The position numbers and the translations under genes were made by a program. Of a DNA stretch of 64,000 bases, positions 37,884-47,186 are shown one piece after another (positions within the stretch are counted from its first letter, which is position 1; the number at the start of each line of letters is the position of its first letter). The DNA comes from an uncultured Gammaproteobacteria bacterium. Lineage in GTDB: Bacteria > Patescibacteriota > Microgenomatia > Levybacterales > GWA1-39-11. The notes under the pieces were generated by a model. That model did no database searches. It was not told where the DNA came from and worked only from the letters and a program-made list of their open reading frames with translations. The stretch is from contig CAZAJO010000005.1 in the NCBI GenBank assembly GCA_964485575.1, positions 1,389 through 65,388 of the forward strand. The letters run 5' to 3'.

Positions 37884-38372
37884 TTATTTACTCTTGTTTA
37901 AGACGTTGTAGATGGATTTGGCACCTTTTGCAGTAGGAGAGGCAATAACAGCAGGAATATCATCAACTATACTAACTCCTACTCCTATCAGACTGCTCTC
38001 TACATATCTATTTGCACCACTCGTAAGACCAGCAGCAACAGCTCCACCTATCGCCGCCCCCACAACTTTCCCCCCGATCCCTTTACCCGATTCATTTGCT
38101 ATGCCAACACCTGCTATAACTCCACCCGCCGCCGCCGGGAGAAGATCACTCACCTCACTAGCAACAAGTGGCAACGAAACGAGATGATTAAGAGCCGTCA
38201 AGGCAAGAGAAACACCAACCGCTGAGGTTTGGTGAGGATACTTTTTTAAAAAACCCACTGACTTATCGTAGATACTTGCAAAAAAACGACTTTGACTTTC
38301 AGGGTTGTTCTGCAATATCTCACCGGGGATATCTAGAGGTAAAATTCCCTGCTCTGCTACTCCTTCTTCCAT
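37884..38372 (-). CDS. Gly/Ala-rich hypothetical membrane protein
   Basis: 162-aa ORF with hydrophobic Gly-rich stretches. Confidence 0.35.
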   Translation of the reverse strand: MEEGVAEQGILPLDIPGEILQNNPESQSRFFASIYDKSVGFLKKYPHQTSAVGVSLALTALNHLVSLPLVASEVSDLLPAAAGGVIAGVGIANESGKGIGGKVVGAAIGGAVAAGLTSGANRYVESSLIGVGVSIVDDIPAVIASPTAKGAKSIYNVLNKSK

Positions 38373-38377
38373 GAAAA

Positions 38378-38890
38378 TTAATTGTCAGATGCTATATCGA
38401 GGTCTTTTTTAACAACTGCTGTTGTTCCATCTTTGAGGGTAAGACGGATAATAAATGAAATCTTTTTAACACCCTTGTCATATTTACAAGTACCCGAGCT
38501 ACACGTACCAATCGTAATCTTTCTCTCAATTGAACTATCCCCTGGATTTAATTCCCCTGAGCCAATTGCACCTCTCGGAACTAACTCATCATTTACTAAA
38601 GCGTCATAACTCATCTCGTAGTCAAATGCGGTGAATTTACTAACATCATTTATCTTCATCGTAACCTCTGTAACAGCTGCATTTGGTATCAGCTCAAGTC
38701 CAATTTCCTCAGGCTTCATCTCTATCGCCTCCTCCTCAGCTGTTATCTCAGGACCAGTCCCCTCTTGGGCCTTTTTTGAATTCATCATGTATACACCTAC
38801 TGCAACAAGAATCACGACAATAACGGCTCCTATGCCAAGCATCGCCCATTTGTTTTTCATCAATTTCTTCATTGTGTTCATTGTAATCAT
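38378..38890 (-). CDS. Secreted/membrane-anchored hypothetical protein
   Basis: N-terminal TM helix, then an acidic extracytoplasmic domain; 170 aa. Confidence 0.4.
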   Translation of the reverse strand: MITMNTMKKLMKNKWAMLGIGAVIVVILVAVGVYMMNSKKAQEGTGPEITAEEEAIEMKPEEIGLELIPNAAVTEVTMKINDVSKFTAFDYEMSYDALVNDELVPRGAIGSGELNPGDSSIERKITIGTCSSGTCKYDKGVKKISFIIRLTLKDGTTAVVKKDLDIASDN

Positions 38891-39132
38891 AGGGAAAATG
38901 ATAAGTCAATGGGTTAGACTTATGAGTAAATTATTCGTCGATTGCAGGTCTGTACTTGAGATTTTATATGAGCGAACGAAGTAAACAGCCGGAAAGGCGA
39001 AGCGTACTCGCGAAGTCCGGGCTGTCAGTGAGAGAATGAAAAATCGAACGTTCAAGGCTGCTCCTCGACGAGAGCTTTTGGTTCTTTTCTCGGCAGAAAA
39101 GAACAAGAAATTAAGGATTAAATTGAAAATGG

Positions 39133-39153
39133 ATCCCGCATCGAGTGCGGGAT
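39133..39153 (-). terminator. Hairpin ATCCCGCA-TCGAG-TGCGGGAT downstream of proS
   Basis: An 8-bp perfect stem lies 13 nt after the proS stop, followed on the minus strand by a U-rich CCAUUUUCAAUUU. Confidence 0.45.
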
Positions 39154-39166
39154 GACAGAAAAACAT

Positions 39167-40585
39167 TTATACGAGTTTTTGTGCGAGGAAATTTCTTAGC
39201 TCTGATATCTTCATCCTGACCTGCTCCATAGTATCTCGGTCCCTAACTGTTACCGTATCAGACTCCAAGGTATCAAAATCTACAGTAATGCAGTACGGTG
39301 TCCCTATCTCATCTTGAGCAAGGTAACGCTTTCCGATATTTCCCCGTGCGTCAAAATTTATATAAAAACTTTGTGAAAGATCCTGGTAAATTTCCTGTGC
39401 TTTTGACATGAGCTCTGGCTTATTGGCAAGCAGTGGAAATACAGCAGCCTTAAAAGGAGCTAACTTCGGGGAAAGCTTGAGTACCGTTCTTGAATCAGTC
39501 TCCTCGTATGCGTCAGACAAAGCCATCAAAAATATCCTGTTGATACCAACTGCAGGCTCTATCACGTGAGGGAGCGTCTTTTTTCCTGTTTGGCTATCTA
39601 CAACTTTCAGTTCCTTCCCCGATCCCTTCTCATGCTGGGAAAGATCATAATCAGTCCTATAAGCAAGTCCCCACAATTCCTTAAATCCAAATGGAAATTT
39701 GTATTCGAGATCCTCTGTCCTTTTACTGTAAAATGACCTCTCTTCGTCACTATGCTCTCGCCATCTGAGATTTTCCTCGCGGATTCCGATCGTTTTTGTG
39801 ATGAATTCCCACATCTTCTTCTTCCAATCTTCGTATAATTCTTCCCAATTTGACACTTCCGGATCAAAGAAGAACTCTATTTCTCCTTGTTCAAACTCCA
39901 AAGTACGAAAAACAGAATTTCCTGGAGTGATCTCATTTCTAAAACTTTTTCCAAGCTGTGCAATACCAAATGGCAACTTTACGCGGTTACTCTCCATGAC
40001 ATTCTTGAAATTGACAAACATTCCCTGAGCGGTCTCTCCCCGTAGATATGCAAGACTTTGATCTCCTTCAACTATTCCAAGATGTACGGGAAATAGAAGA
40101 TTGAACTTTCGTACTTTCGTCCAATCATGCTTACCGCAATTTGGGCAAAGGATCTTGTTCTCAGAAATTATCTTATCCAATTCCTCATCAGACAAACCTT
40201 CGACTTTGACTTCTTTTTCCCCACTCAAACTTTCTTCGATAAGATGGTCTGCTCTCTTTCTTAACTTACAATTTTTACAATCAACCAAAGCATCAGCAAA
40301 TCCCCCCACATGGCCTGAAGCCTTCCATATCTCCTGATGTGAAATCAAAGACCCTTCAAGACCTACTATGTCATCTCGTCTATGAACAAATGTCTCCCAC
40401 CAAAGTGATCTGATATTTCTCAAAAGCTCAGTTCCAACCGGACCGTAATCGTAGGTGTTTGCTACTCCTCCATAGATCTCAGATCCAGGGTAAATAAAAC
40501 CCCTACGCTTGGCTAACGCTACTATTTTTGAAAGACCTGTGTTTTCCATAAGGTAAGAGGAGTATAACAAAATGAGGCAAAACAA
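39167..40585 (-). CDS. proS: Prolyl-tRNA synthetase (archaeal/eukaryotic-type class II)
   Basis: 472 aa with class II aaRS motifs and a C-terminal Zn-binding-type extension typical of archaeal-type ProRS. Confidence 0.85.
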   Translation of the reverse strand: MFCLILLYSSYLMENTGLSKIVALAKRRGFIYPGSEIYGGVANTYDYGPVGTELLRNIRSLWWETFVHRRDDIVGLEGSLISHQEIWKASGHVGGFADALVDCKNCKLRKRADHLIEESLSGEKEVKVEGLSDEELDKIISENKILCPNCGKHDWTKVRKFNLLFPVHLGIVEGDQSLAYLRGETAQGMFVNFKNVMESNRVKLPFGIAQLGKSFRNEITPGNSVFRTLEFEQGEIEFFFDPEVSNWEELYEDWKKKMWEFITKTIGIREENLRWREHSDEERSFYSKRTEDLEYKFPFGFKELWGLAYRTDYDLSQHEKGSGKELKVVDSQTGKKTLPHVIEPAVGINRIFLMALSDAYEETDSRTVLKLSPKLAPFKAAVFPLLANKPELMSKAQEIYQDLSQSFYINFDARGNIGKRYLAQDEIGTPYCITVDFDTLESDTVTVRDRDTMEQVRMKISELRNFLAQKLV

Positions 40586-40657
40586 ACAATAATTGAGATG
40601 GATCCCTGGTCAAGCTCGCCTCGCTAATGCTTGTCGAAGCGGGCCAGGGACGACAAG

Positions 40658-41197
40658 TTAAACAGTGTCGAAATTGCCGATGACTCTGGATTTAATCTTT
40701 CGCTCTATAATGCTTTCTATAAATTGCCGGGATTCTGCCTCCGTCGAAAATTTATTTTTCATATTCCAATACCCTAAGTTTGTCAGAAGGTCAGTCTCAA
40801 ATTTCAGGATTGCCTCGTCACTAAATTCTCCATCCCGTAAAAAAGTGCCTACGAGCGTGAACATCTCAGCATTTACTTGGCCTTGAGGACAAAGATTGTC
40901 TATAAGTTCGCATACAAGAAATGAAACCTCGCACTGCTTTAGTGTATCTTTCCTTTTTTCAAAAGAGTTAAGAAGAGATGTCTCGGTCAGTATAAAGTTT
41001 TTGGATGTTTTTATGGAATTGAAGCGTACCAAATTAAGAAGCTCTATATGAGAAGATCTTTTGCTCGTTATTTTCCGGACACCTTTGGCAAGCACCTCAA
41101 CCTTTCCATTGTTTTGGGTAAAAATAGTAACAAATCTGTCTGCTTCTCCTAGATTTATACGCTTAACGATAAAACCTACATCATTAAGATATGTCAT
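40658..41197 (-). CDS. recO: DNA repair protein RecO-like
   Basis: N-terminal OB-fold region (GEADRFVTIFTQNNGKVEVLAKG) typical of RecO; short form of 179 aa. Confidence 0.55.
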   Translation of the reverse strand: MTYLNDVGFIVKRINLGEADRFVTIFTQNNGKVEVLAKGVRKITSKRSSHIELLNLVRFNSIKTSKNFILTETSLLNSFEKRKDTLKQCEVSFLVCELIDNLCPQGQVNAEMFTLVGTFLRDGEFSDEAILKFETDLLTNLGYWNMKNKFSTEAESRQFIESIIERKIKSRVIGNFDTV

Positions 41198-41202
41198 TGG
41201 GG

Positions 41203-43158
41203 TTAATAACTAAGATTCAACTCCACGTCAGTCCTCAGATCAATTACAGGCATCTTCTTGCCGTTAACTTTGATTGTTGTTGGGATATTGTCTACTCCTG
41301 GCTGCTTTTGGATCAAAAGCGGAAGCACGCCACCTGATGGCTTGAATGGAAGTGTATATTCATATGTCACAGTCGCCTTACCCAATGGATTTACCGTGAA
41401 GAATGCATCAAAAACGGTCTTGCCTAGATCTTCAGAAGTTCCTACTTTTACTTGAGAACCCTTTGAACTATCCAAAACACTTCCTTTTGGCACCAATACT
41501 CTTTGATAGTTCCTCAATGTCGCATTCAAACAAAGACCTCCACGCTCCAGATTACAGTCTGAATGTGGCTTTGGATTCTTGTAGTCTATAGTCACTTTTT
41601 TCTTGACTGTCCCATTAGATCCTATCGTGTAATCAACTTCCATAGATTTTACGACGAAAAGATTTGATTTCTGTCCACCAAAGTTTGCATCATTCACATA
41701 GAGATAATCTCCGTTAAAGTCTTTTACCCGACCTGCCCAATTGAGGGCTTCTATGCCTTGTTGTGCGTTCTTATCATTGAGGGCAAAGAGAATATTTTTC
41801 TCATTAGCATCGATTATGAATTGCTGAAATAATCTACCCCAATATAATTTCGGTGAAGACTTAAGAGCTTTATTGAGAGTTGCTAGCATCAGATCTCCCA
41901 ACAGGCCTTTCCTATTTGTCTTGACATAATTTACCGGACGAGATATTTCATTTTCCAGAGCATAAACCACTTGTGGACAATCACATGCAGGATCGTTATC
42001 GGCCGTGAATTTCAAGCCATCTGCCTCAACTTCCCCAAGAATCCTTATGATATTAACAAAGAAATGGGTATTGACTGCAATAATCCCGTCAACATCTGAT
42101 TTTTGAGACGACTTCTGATATAAAGCGTCAAAGTCTTTCATTGAGACGATGAAATCAGGAGACAGATTGATGTCTCTTATGAACTGCTGCGATACACTTG
42201 GGAAATATTTTTTGATGATAGGAGATGCTGCCCCGTGAGAACCGATACTATTATCAAGACTATAGATGTCTGAAGAATTATCGACTTTGATATCCCCCTC
42301 TTCTACCCTAAAGACTGAATAATATGTCAAAAATCCACCAGTCGGACGTAGTTCTGCATCGTTCTGGAAAAGCATGAGGTATTTTCTACCCTCATTCTCA
42401 CCAAGAAGTGATGGGAGTGCTTTGATGAGAGGCTTTCCTTGCCCTACAGCAATAACAGCTCCATCCATGACGTTTCTTGCTTGCTCCAAACCTTCACGTA
42501 CTTTCTTTAATTTACCTATTGGGGGATAGTGTTTTGTGTTTACTTGGTCTACTTCCTTTTGGGCCAATTTCAATTTTTCCTCAATCTTATCTATCTGAGG
42601 CACAACTTTACCCATGGTCTTAACTGCAGTTCTGATGCGGTCTTGTGCTGTTCCCCCAGTAAAAGTCCCTTTTCCTTTAAGACCCAAAACGTCAACGTAG
42701 GGGATAAGCGCGTCAGCTGTAACAATCCCTGCGTCAATACTGTAAGAACCTGCTCTTATGAGATGGTCAGCGTCGTTATAGTAGCCGGATGCCAATGGGA
42801 CAAATTTAAGGAATGCGAGTCCATGAAGTTTTGACTCAAGTACTCCAACTTGGGTTTGTGTCTTTGCCAATTCCTCACGAGCAGCTGCAATATCCTGCTC
42901 TTTCAATTTTGCAAAAGCTGCACTTGCCTGAGTTTTTGTGACCATTGCCTGCTTATAAACAGCAAAAGCCTTTATCCCAATAAATACGGTCAGTATGACA
43001 AGAACGGCAATGATAATCCCAGTGGACGTAAAAAGCTTCTTGTGCTTCTTGAATGAAAATCTTCTATTTCTACGAATAGTTTTTGATGTCATAGATTCTG
43101 GAGCTGCTTTCTCTTCCGGACGTGCTAAATCAATTTTTTGAAAACCTTTTTCTTCCAT
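41203..43158 (-). CDS. DUF4012-like membrane-anchored extracytoplasmic protein
   Basis: N-terminal TM helix and a large periplasmic domain containing NDAELRPTGGF. It is the lead gene of the glycosylation locus. Confidence 0.55.
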   Translation of the reverse strand: MEEKGFQKIDLARPEEKAAPESMTSKTIRRNRRFSFKKHKKLFTSTGIIIAVLVILTVFIGIKAFAVYKQAMVTKTQASAAFAKLKEQDIAAAREELAKTQTQVGVLESKLHGLAFLKFVPLASGYYNDADHLIRAGSYSIDAGIVTADALIPYVDVLGLKGKGTFTGGTAQDRIRTAVKTMGKVVPQIDKIEEKLKLAQKEVDQVNTKHYPPIGKLKKVREGLEQARNVMDGAVIAVGQGKPLIKALPSLLGENEGRKYLMLFQNDAELRPTGGFLTYYSVFRVEEGDIKVDNSSDIYSLDNSIGSHGAASPIIKKYFPSVSQQFIRDINLSPDFIVSMKDFDALYQKSSQKSDVDGIIAVNTHFFVNIIRILGEVEADGLKFTADNDPACDCPQVVYALENEISRPVNYVKTNRKGLLGDLMLATLNKALKSSPKLYWGRLFQQFIIDANEKNILFALNDKNAQQGIEALNWAGRVKDFNGDYLYVNDANFGGQKSNLFVVKSMEVDYTIGSNGTVKKKVTIDYKNPKPHSDCNLERGGLCLNATLRNYQRVLVPKGSVLDSSKGSQVKVGTSEDLGKTVFDAFFTVNPLGKATVTYEYTLPFKPSGGVLPLLIQKQPGVDNIPTTIKVNGKKMPVIDLRTDVELNLSY

Positions 43159-43231
43159 ATACCTACGGTAATTTATTTAAACACAATTAAAAGTTTGATT
43201 GCAACTCAGATGGTTATTATACCAAATATGA

Positions 43232-43870
43232 TTACATTGCGCCTTTTCCGGAGAACATAGCGATAGGAGTCTTTAATAACAGATAGAAATCGAAAAGTAT
43301 TGACCTTCTCTTTGCATATGAAGCGTCCAGCTGAATCCTCTTATCAAAGTTTATCTGACTCCGCCCTGTTACTTGCCATATACCGGTGATACCAGGCTTT
43401 ACAGACAACACAACTTTCACAGCGTCTCTGGTAAAGGGGTATTTTTTCTGTTGATCACGAAGCTCATCCGGGTAATATGCACGGGGACCAACAACACTCA
43501 TGTCCCCTTTCAGAACATTGACGAATTGTGGAATCTCATCAAAAGAATATTTTCGTATGAAACGTCCGACCGATGTAATCCTTGGGTCATCCTTCAGTTT
43601 GTATCCACCCTTCTTATATTCTGATAGAAGATCTTTGTATTTTGGGTCGTTGACCAATATCTCATGAGCATTTGCTACCATAGATCTGAATTTATACATA
43701 CGAAAAGACCTTCCCCCTTCACCTATACGGGGTGGAGTGTCAGCCAGAAGTGGCCCTTGAGAGTTGAGGCGTATAGCAATTGCCGTCAATAAAATAACAG
43801 GTGAGAAAAAAATAAGAGCGACAATTGAGATGAGAATATCAAGCAGACGTTTTGAGACATCATACAGCAT
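43232..43870 (-). CDS. Polyprenyl-phosphate sugar phosphotransferase (bacterial sugar transferase, WbaP/ExoY C-terminal domain family)
   Basis: YKFRSM...DEIPQF...GDMSVVGPRA signature of PF02397 with a single N-terminal TM helix. Confidence 0.85.
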   Translation of the reverse strand: MLYDVSKRLLDILISIVALIFFSPVILLTAIAIRLNSQGPLLADTPPRIGEGGRSFRMYKFRSMVANAHEILVNDPKYKDLLSEYKKGGYKLKDDPRITSVGRFIRKYSFDEIPQFVNVLKGDMSVVGPRAYYPDELRDQQKKYPFTRDAVKVVLSVKPGITGIWQVTGRSQINFDKRIQLDASYAKRRSILFDFYLLLKTPIAMFSGKGAM

Positions 43871-43872
43871 AT

Positions 43873-44958
43873 TTAGGTTAGTGATTCATGTTCTGTGCCT
43901 GATAGACTTTCGACAAGTTTTTTGATCTTGGGGACCGAATCTTTAGGACAAACAAGGACTACATCTTGCGTATTAATCACAAGATATGCAGAAAGGTCGA
44001 TTCCAACGACTAACTGATTGGTATAGTTAAAGACAAGACTGTCGGTAGAATCCTCAACCATAACCTTTCCTTTTGTGACATTCTCATCTTGCGTCTCTGA
44101 CAAAGCCTCTTTCAGTGCTTCCCATGCCCCGATATCACTCCATCCTATGTCTACCGAAAGAACTCTTCCCATTGAGGTATCCATCTTCTCAAGGATTGCG
44201 TTATCAAATGATATTTTTTCGATCGTTGGATAAATAGAAGAAAGAGTACTGTCGTAATCGGGAGTATCGATACTATCGTGAATTTGCTTCAACTGAGAAT
44301 AAAGCTCAGGAGCGTATCTTTCGAATAAAGACCACAAGAATCGTGGTGTCGTGACGAAATATCCGAGATTCCAAGAATGATGACCGTCACTGACAAACCG
44401 CTCAGCGACTGACAAGTGTGGCCTATATTGAAATCCTGTAAAAGAAAATACCGGGGTATCTCCGATCCGTCTCAACTCATCTCCAAATTCGATGTATCCA
44501 AGGTTCTGATTTGCAAACCGTGGCTTTTGACCAACAAAAACGATCACCTCATGCTCGTTGTTGACTACCTGCTCGGCACTTCTGAGAGCATTTCTGAAAG
44601 CCTGTTCATCTTTTACCAGATGGTCACTTCCCCACAGGATGGCAAATGGTTCATCGGGGAATTTACGTGCAAAAAGCGCGGTAACAAGTCCAACAGCCGG
44701 ACCAACGTCACGCATTTCAGGCTCTACCAAAATATTTTCGTGGGGAAGCTGAGGTAGCTGCTCCCTGACTGTCTCTTCGTAGTGTTTTCCTGTTGAAATA
44801 TAGATATCTTCCCAAGAGAATTCAGGAAATAATTTCTGCACTGCTATCTGAAGCATTGATTGATCGCCAACGATTTTTTCGAACTGCTTTGGTGTGTGCT
44901 TACGCGAAAGAGGCCATAACCTCGTTCCGACTCCTCCTGCAAAAATTACTACTTTCAT
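43873..44958 (-). CDS. Mannose-1-phosphate guanylyltransferase-like NDP-sugar pyrophosphorylase
   Basis: N-terminal VIFAGGVGTRLWPLSR signature, with no cupin domain. Confidence 0.75.
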   Translation of the reverse strand: MKVVIFAGGVGTRLWPLSRKHTPKQFEKIVGDQSMLQIAVQKLFPEFSWEDIYISTGKHYEETVREQLPQLPHENILVEPEMRDVGPAVGLVTALFARKFPDEPFAILWGSDHLVKDEQAFRNALRSAEQVVNNEHEVIVFVGQKPRFANQNLGYIEFGDELRRIGDTPVFSFTGFQYRPHLSVAERFVSDGHHSWNLGYFVTTPRFLWSLFERYAPELYSQLKQIHDSIDTPDYDSTLSSIYPTIEKISFDNAILEKMDTSMGRVLSVDIGWSDIGAWEALKEALSETQDENVTKGKVMVEDSTDSLVFNYTNQLVVGIDLSAYLVINTQDVVLVCPKDSVPKIKKLVESLSGTEHESLT

Positions 44959-46043
44959 ATATATTTATTTCTCTTCAATAAAGACATGAATGACGTCTTG
45001 AATTTCTTTTCAGAAAAAAGGCGCCCGTTCTTTCGACAATCTTTACCATTATAACGACTGTCTTTGAAATTTATCAAGACTTGAGAAAGAGAACCAACAG
45101 TCGGCTGATCAAAAAATGTCCCCGTAACACCCTCTTTTACTATTTCAAGGGCTCCACCAGCCTTGTATGCGACGACCGGTTTTCCGGCAAGCTGTACCTC
45201 AACCATAGTTATTCCAAAATCTTCTTCGCCGGGAAATAGTAAGGCCCTGCAGTTTTGGTAATAATAAATAAGCTCTTGATCAGTCACTTTTCCTTTAAAC
45301 TCAATCGTATCCCCGGCAATGGCTGATAGTTTCTCCAATTCATTCCCCTCGCCAATAACGATAAGATTTAACTTTAATTTCGTACAGGCTTTTACCGCCA
45401 GATCAATTTTTTTGTAATCCACCAACCGGGATACTACCAAGAAATATTTTTTTCCGTAATTTTTCCCGACCGGACCCACTTTTTCGCTAAATAGTCTGTC
45501 TGCAGGTGGATATATTACAACGCTTTCTCTTTTATAGTATTTTTTTATGCGCCTTTGGACCGTACGGGATATCGCAATCATCATATCCGGCCTAGTTGAA
45601 GCGGCTAGATCCCATTTTTTCAGATACCAAATGAGAGGATAGGCGATAAATTTTAGTATTGGATCCCTAAAATATTGATCAAAACCACTCCACAAATACC
45701 TTGTCGGTGTAAGACAAATGCATATATGGGGTACATTCGGAGGCACTATAACCCCTTTTGCTGCTTCACTTGTGACACTTATCACAAGATCAAATCCTGA
45801 AAAATCAAAAGATTCAAATGCAAAAGGCATAAGATAAGGAATAAGTTCGTGTTTTCTGTTAAGAATAGGGATATTTTGCAAGTAGGAGGTTCTTACGGTA
45901 AATTTTTTGGCCCAAGGGGTATTTTTTTTGTTGTAGATTGAGGTAAAAAGTATTGGTTTTTTAAATAATTCTGATAAGGATTCCAAGACACGCTCGGCGC
46001 CTCCAATCTTGTTAACCCTGTCATACACTATTGCAACTTTCAT
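44955..46043 (-). CDS. Glycosyltransferase family 4
   Basis: C-terminal E-x7-E region EDFGITMVEVQLAGKPVV, typical of the GT4 (GT-B) family. Confidence 0.8.
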   Translation of the reverse strand: MKVAIVYDRVNKIGGAERVLESLSELFKKPILFTSIYNKKNTPWAKKFTVRTSYLQNIPILNRKHELIPYLMPFAFESFDFSGFDLVISVTSEAAKGVIVPPNVPHICICLTPTRYLWSGFDQYFRDPILKFIAYPLIWYLKKWDLAASTRPDMMIAISRTVQRRIKKYYKRESVVIYPPADRLFSEKVGPVGKNYGKKYFLVVSRLVDYKKIDLAVKACTKLKLNLIVIGEGNELEKLSAIAGDTIEFKGKVTDQELIYYYQNCRALLFPGEEDFGITMVEVQLAGKPVVAYKAGGALEIVKEGVTGTFFDQPTVGSLSQVLINFKDSRYNGKDCRKNGRLFSEKKFKTSFMSLLKRNKYI

Positions 46044-47106
46044 ATATTTTTAATGTCTTTGTAACCGCATCATCCCAAGAAAATTTTTTACTTTGTGATA
46101 GTCCTTTTTTGATAAGACTTTTTCTCAAAGCTTCATCTTGAAGGACCTTCTTCATCTTTTGCACTAGATCCTGACTATCTTCAGGATTGAAATACATGAC
46201 TGCATCGTCCCCAATTTCGGCAAAAGAACTGGTATCAGCACAAACCACGGGGCAGGAAAGACTCATTGCTTCTAAAATAGGCAAACCAAATCCTTCCATT
46301 AAAGAAGGGGATACAACTAACTTCGCATTAGTATAATAATCGAAAAGTGCCTGATCATCAATATCGTGGAGAAAGGAAACGTCGGAAAAACTACTCTCAA
46401 GTCTTTCGTAGAAAAAATCGTTTCTTCCAATACAAACCAGATCTATGTCCATCTCTTTGCGTAGAAGTAGATACGATGATAAAAGTCTCTTCAAATTCTT
46501 ATGGGGATAAGCGTTTCCGACATAGAGAATATAATTTTGTGAAACAAGATCTGTTTTTGATATACGGTCTTTTATAAGAGGGTCAAATCCCTCATACACT
46601 ACCTCTAACTTATTTATTGGCGCCTTATAATGATCTATCAATTCGTTCTTTGTTGCATTTGAGGGAACGATTATTTTTTTTGCTTTCTTAACTGCTGACT
46701 TTGTGATCTGCTTGTATGCTAAATATTTTGCATAATAAACCGGAAGTGCATGCGAACTTGATATCCCTGTCGGATAATGATCAATTATGAGATCGTGGAT
46801 TGTTATGACAAAACTTCCTCTATAAAAAACCGGGAAAGAAAAATAAGGGAAATGAACCAGGTCAAGATCGTGCCGTTCTAATATCTCTTTGAATTTCCAC
46901 TGCTCTGATATCGTATGCCACTTCACATCAGCTAGAACTTTCTTGAAATTCGGGTTCTTAAATTGCACTTCGTTAAATGCCTTACGAGTAAGAAATATTG
47001 TGAAGGTGTGAGAACTTTTTTTACTTTCCAGTCCAGTAACTATATTTCTGATGTAGCGGCCAACACCGCTTTCATACCATAACCGAGCATCGATACCTAT
47101 GTTCAT
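46021..47106 (-). CDS. Glycosyltransferase family 4
   Basis: EGFGLPILEAMSLSCPVVCADTSSFAEI motif, typical of GT4. Confidence 0.8.
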   Translation of the reverse strand: MNIGIDARLWYESGVGRYIRNIVTGLESKKSSHTFTIFLTRKAFNEVQFKNPNFKKVLADVKWHTISEQWKFKEILERHDLDLVHFPYFSFPVFYRGSFVITIHDLIIDHYPTGISSSHALPVYYAKYLAYKQITKSAVKKAKKIIVPSNATKNELIDHYKAPINKLEVVYEGFDPLIKDRISKTDLVSQNYILYVGNAYPHKNLKRLLSSYLLLRKEMDIDLVCIGRNDFFYERLESSFSDVSFLHDIDDQALFDYYTNAKLVVSPSLMEGFGLPILEAMSLSCPVVCADTSSFAEIGDDAVMYFNPEDSQDLVQKMKKVLQDEALRKSLIKKGLSQSKKFSWDDAVTKTLKIYESCNSV

Positions 47107-47124
47107 AGTTTATTCATTTATAAA

Positions 47125-47186
47125 GTTAACGAGTTAAAAAGTTAAAGTGTTAACGCGTTAACACGTTAACAAGTGAACCCGTAAAC
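47125..47186. repeat. GTTAAC-rich intergenic repeat element, copy C (GT4/GT2 spacer)
   Basis: Reads gttaacgagttaaaaagttaaagtgttaacgcgttaacacgttaacaagtgaacccgtaaac. Confidence 0.7.

Noticed and set aside
38906-39166. 86-aa minus-strand ORF in the proS-downstream intergenic region
   Set aside because: Its composition is poor (RR/SS-rich), it has no RBS, and it overlaps the hairpin-rich region that is better explained as a UTR or ncRNA.
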